Origin: Candidatus Krumholzibacteriia bacterium
GTDB taxonomy: Bacteria > Krumholzibacteriota > Krumholzibacteriia > JAJRXK01
Reading direction: 5' to 3'
NCBI GenBank assembly: GCA_041484665.1
Contig: JBGPIA010000001.1
Coordinates: 416,001-480,000 of the forward strand
Length of the DNA: 64,000 nt
The translations under genes were made by a program, and so were the position numbers. The notes under the pieces were generated by a model that saw only the letters and a list, made by a program, of their open reading frames with translations, did not search any database and had not been told where the DNA came from. Positions 56,507 through 64,000 of the stretch are shown here, one piece after another (the first letter of the stretch is position 1; every line of letters begins with the position of its first letter).

Positions 56507-59500
56507 ATGGCACGTCGAGCTTTCTTCATTCTCCCGCTGCTGATCCTCGCGGCGGCCGGCTCCGCCCCGGGAGCGACCATCGACCCCGAGCTGCTGCAAA
56601 CGCTGAGCGCCAAGGGCCCCGGGGCCCAGGCTCCCGCGCTCATGCTGTTCGATGCCCCGGTCGATCTCGGGGCGCTGGACGCGTCGCTGCAGGGTGTGCC
56701 CTGGCGGGAGCGCCAGCTGCGCGTGATCGAGGTGCTGCAGGCCCACGCGGCCGCCACCCAGGCGGAGGCCATGGCGATCCTGCGCCAAGCTGAGAGCGCG
56801 GGACGCGTCTCGCAGTTGCGCTCGCTGTGGACCGTCAACGGCATCGCGTTCCGCGCCACGGCCGACGCAATCCAGAGCGTCGCACAAGCGAAAGCTCCGG
56901 CGGACATCGTCTACGACAAGCGCTATGACATGATCAGCGCGGTGACGGCGGCGCACCCGACGCCAGCGCAGGCGGCAGACCGCTCAGCGCCGGGCGCGCG
57001 CGTCCAGCCCCTGGTGCCAGTCACGGCGTGGAGCATCTCGTGGATCAGGGCGGATCAGGTCTGGCCGCTGGGCTACACCGGCGCGGGGGTGCTCGTCGCC
57101 GGAATGGACACCGGCGTCTGGCTGACGCATCCCGACATCGCAGGCCAGATCTTCACCAACCCGGGCGAGATTCCCGGCGACGGCATCGACAACGACAGCA
57201 ACGGCTACATCGATGACGTGCACGGCTACGACTTCGGCGATCGTGACTCCGACCCCAACGACGATGTGACCGGCGGGGGCTCCAACCACGGGACCCACAC
57301 CGCGGGCACCGTAGCGGGGAACGGGACCAACGGCACCTCCACCGGTGTCGCGCCGGGCTGCCGCTTCCTGCCGTGCAAGGTGTTCCCCAGCGCGGGCGGC
57401 GGCGCGGCGCTCAGCGACATCTGGGAAGCCCATGGCTACGCCATCCGGATGGGCGCGCGCGTCTTCACCGAGTCGCTCGGCGTGACCGGGATCCTGCCGC
57501 CCTCCCTGATGCGCAGCGCGCGCGTGGATGCCGACGCGATCCGCGTGGCGGGCGTGGCCTACTTCAATTCGGCGGGTAACGACGGTGGGACGTCGAACCT
57601 CCCGCCCGACCAGTTGGGCCTCACCGCCCGCGTCCCGTCAGCGTGGAACGCCAACGCGGCCGTGCCCTGGAGCTCGCGCGGCGGCGTGAACGCGGTCGGC
57701 GGCACCGGCTACAAGAGCGATGCGGCGTATGCGGGCTCGTCGATGGGCCCGTCGAGCTGGGCGCTGGTCGCCCCGTGGAACGACTGGCCGCTGCCGGACG
57801 GGCTCACCAAGCCCGATGTCTGCGCCCCGGGCGTGCTGGTCAACTCGCTGCAGAAGCCGAACGGGTACTCCGGCGACAGCTGGACCGGCACCTCGATGTC
57901 GTGCCCGCACACCGCCGGCACGGCCGCGCTCATGTTGCAGAAGAACCCAGCGCTTACCCCAGTGGACATCGATCGCATCCTGGAGCAGACCTGCGTGGAC
58001 CTGGGGGTCGCGGGCAAGGACAACCAGTTCGGCGCTGGGCGCATCGACGCGCTGGCCGCGGTCAACGCCGTGCCTGCGGCGCAGCTGCCCTACGTCGTAC
58101 AGACCGCGCTGGGCTTCCACGAGCCCGGCGGGAACGGCTACATCGACCCGGGCGAGACCATCGACGTGATCATCCAGCTCACCAACAACAGCGCGGTGAT
58201 CAACGCGACCGCGGTGACCGGAGCGTTGTCCGTGGCCGCGAACCCCTACGTGACGGTCATCGACGGCGCGAGCGGCTATCCCAACCTCGCGGCCGGCGGC
58301 GGCTCCGCCGACAACTCCGCCGACGTTTTCACCGTGAGCGTCGCCCCCGGCACGCCACAGGGCTTTCTGATGACGCTGCTGCTCACCATCACGACGGCAG
58401 AGGGCTACACCGTCACCATCGACAGCCAGCTACAGGTCGGCCTGACTGACTTCCTGACGCACGACGTCGGGGCCGTGTACGGCACGGTGACCGATTCGGG
58501 GATCCTCGGGTATACCGACAGCGACCACGGCTTCGGCGAGGGCTTCGGCCCCACCGGCGAGGCCAGTGCGCTGTACGTGGGCTCGTTGTGGGGCGGACAG
58601 AACGCCGGCTACGTTTGCAATCACGATTACCCCGGTACGGGCGTGACGCTCGAGACCGCCGAGTGGCGGACCGTGACCAACCCCAACGGACGCGTGCTGA
58701 AAGTCACGCCGCCCAGGTCCAACCAGGACTTCCGGTCGCTGTTCGACGACAGCGGTGCTCTCACGCCCAAGAGCCTCCAGATCACCCAGGAGAGCTACGC
58801 GTTCAGCACTCCGGGCTACGACAAGTTCATCATCCTCACGTACCGGGTGAAGAACCTGGCTGCGACCACGCTCACGACCTATCACGCGGGAGTGTTCTGC
58901 GACTGGGACATCGCCGATGGCAACAACCTGGGCGGTGTGGACACCGCCCGGCGCATGACCTACATGAACGCGGGGCCCGGCGTGGCGGATGGGCCATTCT
59001 ACGGGATCCAGCTCATCTTCCCCGCGGCCTACCGCAACCTCGCCCTGATCAACAACGCCACGTTCGTGTACCCCGACGGCCGCATCAACGATACCAACAA
59101 GGCGCGCCTCCTGCGCGGGCTGATCACCAACACGGTCGCGTCGAGCCTGATCGACTGGTCGGCGCTGACTTCGACGGGGCCCTACGATATACCGGCGGGC
59201 GCCGAGCTGGAGTTCACCTTCGCGCTCGTGTATGGAACGACGCTCGCCGACCTGCTGGCCAACGCCGACGCGGCGCAGAACCGCTACGCGTGGCTGCAGG
59301 CGGCCGACGCGAGCGAGCGGCCGCAGCCGCTGCCGGCCGCGCTGTTCCAGAACGCGCCCAACCCGTTCAACCCGGCCACTACGATCCGCTTCGCGGTGCA
59401 GCGGGAGGGCCCGGTGAGTCTGGCCGTCTACGACCTGGCGGGACGCAAGGTGCGGATCCTGGAGGAGCGGACGTTCACGGCCGGCCAGTGGTCGGTGCGC

Positions 59501-59608
59501 TGGGACGGGACCAACGACCGCGGCGAGCCGATGCCGTCGGGGATGTACTTCTACCGGCTCGAGGCGGACGGCAAGCGCCTCGCCCGCAAGATGATGATGG
59601 TCAAATAG
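56507..59608 (+). CDS. S8 (subtilisin-like) serine peptidase with a C-terminal FlgD-Ig/T9SS-like sorting domain
   Basis: Triad motifs MDTG, HGTHTAG and GTSMSCPH; propeptide; GIDNDSNGYIDDVHGYDF insert. C-terminus QNAPNPFNPATTIRF...YDLAGRKVR...WDG...SGMYFYRL. Confidence 0.93.
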   Translation: MARRAFFILPLLILAAAGSAPGATIDPELLQTLSAKGPGAQAPALMLFDAPVDLGALDASLQGVPWRERQLRVIEVLQAHAAATQAEAMAILRQAESAGRVSQLRSLWTVNGIAFRATADAIQSVAQAKAPADIVYDKRYDMISAVTAAHPTPAQAADRSAPGARVQPLVPVTAWSISWIRADQVWPLGYTGAGVLVAGMDTGVWLTHPDIAGQIFTNPGEIPGDGIDNDSNGYIDDVHGYDFGDRDSDPNDDVTGGGSNHGTHTAGTVAGNGTNGTSTGVAPGCRFLPCKVFPSAGGGAALSDIWEAHGYAIRMGARVFTESLGVTGILPPSLMRSARVDADAIRVAGVAYFNSAGNDGGTSNLPPDQLGLTARVPSAWNANAAVPWSSRGGVNAVGGTGYKSDAAYAGSSMGPSSWALVAPWNDWPLPDGLTKPDVCAPGVLVNSLQKPNGYSGDSWTGTSMSCPHTAGTAALMLQKNPALTPVDIDRILEQTCVDLGVAGKDNQFGAGRIDALAAVNAVPAAQLPYVVQTALGFHEPGGNGYIDPGETIDVIIQLTNNSAVINATAVTGALSVAANPYVTVIDGASGYPNLAAGGGSADNSADVFTVSVAPGTPQGFLMTLLLTITTAEGYTVTIDSQLQVGLTDFLTHDVGAVYGTVTDSGILGYTDSDHGFGEGFGPTGEASALYVGSLWGGQNAGYVCNHDYPGTGVTLETAEWRTVTNPNGRVLKVTPPRSNQDFRSLFDDSGALTPKSLQITQESYAFSTPGYDKFIILTYRVKNLAATTLTTYHAGVFCDWDIADGNNLGGVDTARRMTYMNAGPGVADGPFYGIQLIFPAAYRNLALINNATFVYPDGRINDTNKARLLRGLITNTVASSLIDWSALTSTGPYDIPAGAELEFTFALVYGTTLADLLANADAAQNRYAWLQAADASERPQPLPAALFQNAPNPFNPATTIRFAVQREGPVSLAVYDLAGRKVRILEERTFTAGQWSVRWDGTNDRGEPMPSGMYFYRLEADGKRLARKMMMVK

Positions 59609-59618
59609 GCACGACTGC

Positions 59619-59649
59619 CCGGCCGGCGGGGTCGTCCCCCGCCGGCCGG
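59619..59649. terminator. GC-rich hairpin between convergent genes
   Basis: 13-bp stem CCGGCCGGCGGGG/CCCCGCCGGCCGG just after the S8 stop; no U tract. Confidence 0.45.
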
Positions 59650-59725
59650 CGCGATGGCACGCGGTCCGATCGCGCTTGCCCGGCGTGGCGCCCGGGGTCG
59701 GGCCGTTCGTGTTGCCGGTCCGGCC

Positions 59726-61579
59726 TCACGCCGCGCCCGGACGCTCGCGTTGCGCCAGCGGGACCGCCGCGGACGCGGCGGCGCCGGCGCGGGCGCCGAT
59801 GCGCGGCAGGGTCAGCCAGAAGACCGAGCCCCTGGGCTGCGCGGGCTCCACGCCGACGCTCCCCCCCATGGCCGTCACGAGGTGCTTGACGATGGCCAGT
59901 CCGAGCCCGGTCCCGCCCAGTGCGCGGGAGCGTCCCGGATCCACCCGGTAGAACCGCTCGAAGATCCGCTCGCGGTGCTCGGGGGCGATGCCCGGCCCGT
60001 CGTCGCGCACCTCGATGCGCGTCGCTCCTGCGGCGGGCAGCGCGCGCAGGAGCACGTGGCCGCCGTCGGGCGTGTACTTGACGGCGTTGTCCGCGAGGTT
60101 GAGCAGCACCTGATCGACGGCTTTTGCGTCGCCGAGCACGGCGATCTCCTCGTCGCACTCCACCTGGAAGTGCAGTCGCTTCGCAATGGCCGGCACTTGA
60201 ACCGCCTCCAAGCTGCGCCGCAGCGCCGGCGCGACGGCCAATGGCTGTAGCTCCAACGGGTGACGCCCTGCCTCCAGCCGCGAGATATCCAGCAGGTCGG
60301 CCACCAAGCGGGCCAGGCGCTCCGCATTGCGCCCCAACCCCTCGAGGAATTCCCGGGCGCGCGCCGGGTCGGACAGCCCTCCGGCCAGCAGTGTCTCGGC
60401 GTTGGCCAGGATCACGCTGACCGGAGTGCGCAGCTCATGGGAGACGTTGGCCACGAAGTCGCGCCGCACGGCCTCCAGCCGGCGCAGCTCCGTCACATCG
60501 CGCAGGACGAGAACGCTGCCCCCGGTGGCGCGCAGGGGCGCCGCCCGTACCAGCAGCTGTTTGCCTCCAGCCAGCTCGAGCTCGCCCACGGCCTCGCTTC
60601 CACCCACGGCCCGCGCGACAAGCTCGTGCACGGCGGGTGCGCGGGTCACTTCCACCAGGGCGCGCCCCACGGGCGGATCCGCGAGGCCCAGCAGCGCCAG
60701 GGCGGCCCGGTTGGCGAGCGTGACTCGCTGGGAGCTGTCGAGAGCCAGCACGGCTTCCTCCATGCCCTCGAGCACGGCTGCGAACCGGTCGCGCTCCTGC
60801 GCGAGATCGGCGACGCTGCGCTCCAGCTCGTCGGCCATCCGATTGAAGCTGCCGGCCAGGCCGGCCAGCTCGTCGTGCGAGCGCACGGCCAGGCGCCGGG
60901 GCGACGCTCCGCGCGCGATGGCGCCGGCGTGCCGGACGAGGCTGCGCAGCTCCCGCGCGGAGAACCACGAAGCGCCCGCGCTCATCAGGACCGCGGTCAC
61001 CAGCCCCAGCAGGCCTGCGACGAGGATGAGGAAGCGTAGCTCGTCCAGCGTGTGGTCGATCTGGTCGTGCGGGAGCATCGCGCGGATCATCCCGCGGCCT
61101 TCCGGACGGACCCACGGGACGCTCACCGCAATCATGTCCGGAGCGCCCGCGATGGGCACGCCGAGCGTGCGGGCGCCGCGCGCAGGGCCGCCGGAGGCTG
61201 GCCCGGCCGGCGCGCCCTGGGGCGCGTCGGGCGGCCCGGCCTGCGGCCCGCCCCCTAAGCCGCTCTGCGCGGCCAGGACGGTGGCGTCGAACTGCGAGTC
61301 GCCCAGCACGCGGCCGCCGTGGTCGACGATGGTGATGCGCGCGCCCGTGGCTTGCCCCAGGCGGTCGGCCAGCGGGTCCACCTGCTCCACGGTGGCCGCG
61401 CCGCGCGCGTCCTCGACCAACGCCCGGCCAGATTGCGCGTCGGCGAGCAACTCGCGCTCGATGCGCCGCTCCATCCAGCGCCGCAATTCGTGCCCCAGGT
61501 AGGCCCCGCTGGCGAGACCAACGGCGAGGATCGTAAGCAGCGAGAGGACGAAGAGCTTGCCGCGGACGCCCAGCTTCAA
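59726..61579 (-). CDS. phoR: Phosphate regulon sensor histidine kinase
   Basis: TM-sensor-TM-HAMP-PAS architecture, then RRDFVANVSHELRTP, NLADNAVKY, DDGPGI, FERFYRVD and GGTGLGL. Coupled to phoB. Confidence 0.9.
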   Translation of the reverse strand: MKLGVRGKLFVLSLLTILAVGLASGAYLGHELRRWMERRIERELLADAQSGRALVEDARGAATVEQVDPLADRLGQATGARITIVDHGGRVLGDSQFDATVLAAQSGLGGGPQAGPPDAPQGAPAGPASGGPARGARTLGVPIAGAPDMIAVSVPWVRPEGRGMIRAMLPHDQIDHTLDELRFLILVAGLLGLVTAVLMSAGASWFSARELRSLVRHAGAIARGASPRRLAVRSHDELAGLAGSFNRMADELERSVADLAQERDRFAAVLEGMEEAVLALDSSQRVTLANRAALALLGLADPPVGRALVEVTRAPAVHELVARAVGGSEAVGELELAGGKQLLVRAAPLRATGGSVLVLRDVTELRRLEAVRRDFVANVSHELRTPVSVILANAETLLAGGLSDPARAREFLEGLGRNAERLARLVADLLDISRLEAGRHPLELQPLAVAPALRRSLEAVQVPAIAKRLHFQVECDEEIAVLGDAKAVDQVLLNLADNAVKYTPDGGHVLLRALPAAGATRIEVRDDGPGIAPEHRERIFERFYRVDPGRSRALGGTGLGLAIVKHLVTAMGGSVGVEPAQPRGSVFWLTLPRIGARAGAAASAAVPLAQRERPGAA

Positions 61580-62283
61580 AGCGGCTCCTCATCGGGATGG
61601 GCGCGCAGGCGGTAGCCCACGCCGCGCAGCGTCTCCACCAGGACTCCGGCCGGCCCCAGCTTCTCGCGCAGGCGTTTGACGTGGGTGTCGACGGTGCGGG
61701 TCTCTACCTCGGCGTGGATCCCCCACACGTCGCTCAAGAGCTGGTCGCGGCTCTGGACGCGCCCGCGGCGCGACAGGAACGTGGCCAGCAACCGGAACTC
61801 GAGCGCGGTGAGCTTGACCTCCCGCTCCTCCACCCACACGCGGTGGCTGGCGTGGTCCACGCGGATCGAACCGAAAACCGTCAGCGGCTCCGCACCGCTT
61901 TGGGGGGCGTGGGCGCGACGCAGCAGCGACTTCACCCGCAGCAGCAGCTCCCGCACGCTGAATGGCTTCACGACGTAGTCGTCGGCTCCCACCTCGAAGC
62001 CGACCACGCGGTCGATCTCCTCACCTTTGGCCGTGAGCATGAGCACCGGCACCGCGCGCGTGCGCTCAGCCTGGCGCAGCGCCCGGCAGATCTCGGTCCC
62101 CGAGACGTCGGGGAGCATGAGGTCCAGCAGCACGAGCTCGGGCAGCGGATCATGCTCCAACGCCGCCAGGGCCGCGCGGCCGGTCAGTACCGCCTGCGTG
62201 CGAAAGCCCTCGCGTTGCAGGTTGTACTCCAGCACGCTCACCAGGTCCTGCTCGTCCTCGACGATGAGGATCCGCTGCGCCAT
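61576..62283 (-). CDS. phoB: Phosphate regulon response regulator (OmpR family)
   Basis: Motifs ILIVEDE, LLDLMLP, GADDYVVKPF, TRTVDTHVKRLR and TLRGVGY. Located in the pst/phoU operon. Confidence 0.92.
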   Translation of the reverse strand: MAQRILIVEDEQDLVSVLEYNLQREGFRTQAVLTGRAALAALEHDPLPELVLLDLMLPDVSGTEICRALRQAERTRAVPVLMLTAKGEEIDRVVGFEVGADDYVVKPFSVRELLLRVKSLLRRAHAPQSGAEPLTVFGSIRVDHASHRVWVEEREVKLTALEFRLLATFLSRRGRVQSRDQLLSDVWGIHAEVETRTVDTHVKRLREKLGPAGVLVETLRGVGYRLRAHPDEEPL

Positions 62284-62310
62284 TGCCGCGACGTCCCGCC
62301 CCCGGCCGCG

Positions 62311-63024
62311 TTACCCGCGCGGCTCGCCCGGCTGGGGCTTGTCCCCGCCGGCCGAGCCGCTGCGCAGGCGCTGGCCGTGCCGCTGGATGTCGCCGCGGGC
62401 CATGTAGAGGACGTCTTCGGCGATGTTCGTCGCGTGGTCGGCGATGCGCTCGAACTGCCGGGAGATCACCAGCAGGCTGATGTACTGCTCCGCGAGCTGC
62501 GAATTGGCCAGGATGCCGGCCTCGACGTGGTCATACATCCCGCGATGGATCGAGTCCACTTCATCGTCGGTCTTGAGCACCGACTCCGCGGCGTCGGCGT
62601 CGATCTTGACCAGCGAGTCCAGCGCGTGCTTGAGCATCACCTGGACCAGGGAGGCCATCCGGAAGATGTCCGGCGGGAGGCTAATCGTCCACGGACGGCC
62701 GATGCGCCGTGCGGACTGCTGTGCCAGGTTCACCGCCAGGTCGCCGATGCGCTCCAGATCGTTGTTGATCTTGAGCACCGCGACGATGTAGCGCAGGTCG
62801 AAGGCCACGGGCTGGTACAGCGCCAGCGCGTGGAGGCATTCCTCCTCCACCTCCACCTCCATCAGGTCGATCTCCAGATCGCTCTGGATCACCCGGTCCG
62901 CCAGGGCGACGTCCCGGGCCGAGATGGACCGGATGGCCCCCTCGACGGACTGCTCCACCAGGCCGCCCAGCGACAGGATCATGCGATTGATCTTGTCGAG
63001 GTGGTGCTGGAAGTGAAGGGTCAT
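62311..63024 (-). CDS. phoU: Phosphate signalling complex protein PhoU
   Basis: Motifs QPVAFDLR, DLERIGDLAVN, DDEVD and ERIADHATNIAE. Confidence 0.96.
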   Translation of the reverse strand: MTLHFQHHLDKINRMILSLGGLVEQSVEGAIRSISARDVALADRVIQSDLEIDLMEVEVEEECLHALALYQPVAFDLRYIVAVLKINNDLERIGDLAVNLAQQSARRIGRPWTISLPPDIFRMASLVQVMLKHALDSLVKIDADAAESVLKTDDEVDSIHRGMYDHVEAGILANSQLAEQYISLLVISRQFERIADHATNIAEDVLYMARGDIQRHGQRLRSGSAGGDKPQPGEPRG

Positions 63025-63040
63025 CGATCGCGCCTCCGTG

Positions 63041-64000
63041 CTAGCCGAAGCGGCCGGTGATGTAGTCTTCAGTTTCCTTCAGCCGGGGCTTGGTGAAGAT
63101 GTCCTCCGTGGGTCCATACTCGATCAGCCGACCCAGGTACATGAACGCAGTATAGTCGCTGGTGCGCGAGGCCTGCTGCATGTTGTGGGTCACGATCAGG
63201 ATCGAGTACTCGCCGCGCAGCTCCTGGATCAGGTCCTCGATTTTGCCGGTGGCGATGGGATCCAGGGCCGAGCACGGCTCGTCCATGAGCAGCACCTCGG
63301 GCTCGGCCGCGATTGCGCGGGCGATGCACAGGCGCTGTTGCTGCCCGCCCGAGAGGCTGAGGCCGCTCTCATGCAAGCGGTCTTTCACCTCGTCCCACAG
63401 GGCCGCGCCGCGCAGGCTGCGCTCGCACACCTCGTCCAGCATGCGACGGTTGCGCTCGCCGTCGATGCGCAGCGGGTAGACGACGTTTTCGTAGACGCTC
63501 ATGGGGAACGGGTTGCTCTTCTGGAAAACCATTCCCATGCGCTTGCGCAGCTCGATCACGTCCACCCCGGGACCGTAGATGGAGTCACCGTTGAGGCGCA
63601 TCTCCCCCTCGATGCGCACCGTCGGGATCAGGTCGTTCAGCCGGTTCACCGAGCGCAGCAGCGTCGACTTGCCGCAGCCCGACGGGCCGATCAGCGCCGT
63701 CACCTTGCCGCGCGGAATGGGCAGCGCGAGCCCGTAGAGCGCCTGCTTGCTCCCGTACCAGAGATTGAACGCGTCGACCTCCAGCACAGGGTCTTCGCGC
63801 AGCACGACCGGATGGATCTCGGCCGTCATGCTGCCGCCCTGGGCGATGGCCTGGAGCCCAGCGGCCAGCGGCCCCCCGCCCGTCCCCGCCGTCAGGTGCG
63901 CCGGCAGCGCGGGTGCTGGAGACGCGGGGTCGAGCGGCACCGCCGCCGCGGGCCCGGCGGGCACTGCCGCCGCGGGCTCGCCCGGCGCAAGCGGGACGGG
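63041..64000 (-). CDS. pstB: Phosphate ABC transporter ATP-binding protein
   Basis: Motifs [47 protein letters not shown] and YITGRFG. The frame is open to the window edge with a Pro/Ala-rich extension; alternative start is ATG 63829. Confidence 0.95.
   Translation of the reverse strand, partial: PVPLAPGEPAAAVPAGPAAAVPLDPASPAPALPAHLTAGTGGGPLAAGLQAIAQGGSMTAEIHPVVLREDPVLEVDAFNLWYGSKQALYGLALPIPRGKVTALIGPSGCGKSTLLRSVNRLNDLIPTVRIEGEMRLNGDSIYGPGVDVIELRKRMGMVFQKSNPFPMSVYENVVYPLRIDGERNRRMLDEVCERSLRGAALWDEVKDRLHESGLSLSGGQQQRLCIARAIAAEPEVLLMDEPCSALDPIATGKIEDLIQELRGEYSILIVTHNMQQASRTSDYTAFMYLGRLIEYGPTEDIFTKPRLKETEDYITGRFG

Noticed and set aside
63826..63999. Separate upstream gene (pstA) ending in an ATGA overlap with pstB
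   Set aside because: That frame translates to Arg/Pro-rich noise, while the pstB frame itself stays open to the edge. It cannot be resolved without the next window.

Overview
This is a very GC-rich bacterial chromosomal window with about 50 densely packed genes. I saw no rRNA, tRNA, CRISPR array or mobile element. Two sorting-type C-termini point, by inference, to an FCB-superphylum lineage such as Krumholzibacteriota, Eisenbacteria or Latescibacterota: an FlgD-Ig/T9SS-like tail on an S8 peptidase and a 'VPVETVSFGAMKSRF' tail on a small secreted protein. Housekeeping content includes a split class I fumarate/tartrate hydratase, tpx, a NUDIX hydrolase, serA plus a class V aminotransferase, an ALDH7-type dehydrogenase, many peptidases (S9A, S9C, two M20, HtrA, S8, NlpC/P60) and the pstB-phoU-phoB-phoR end of a phosphate operon. 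Envelope genes include three GT-C-like membrane proteins, a GT4, a CgeB-type glycosyltransferase, a GH113-like hydrolase and a beta-barrel. The main candidate for an undescribed system is a translationally coupled five-gene operon (24867-31578, minus strand) preceded by a sigma54-type promoter. It encodes a LicC-type cytidylyltransferase, a cytidylyltransferase fused to a Cj1418-type L-glutamine kinase, an unknown protein, a formyltransferase-fold protein and a TagF-family CDP-alcohol phosphotransferase. This looks like a variant phosphoramidate (P-N) surface-glycan pathway without the Cj1417, Cj1415 and methyltransferase steps of Campylobacter MeOPN synthesis. Also notable are a candidate sigma54/enhancer-dependent small RNA (about 8595-8660), a 133-nt rod-like structured element (54462-54594) and three consecutive tandem paralog pairs, two of which have degenerate catalytic residues. 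All functional calls come from motif recognition by eye; no searches were run.
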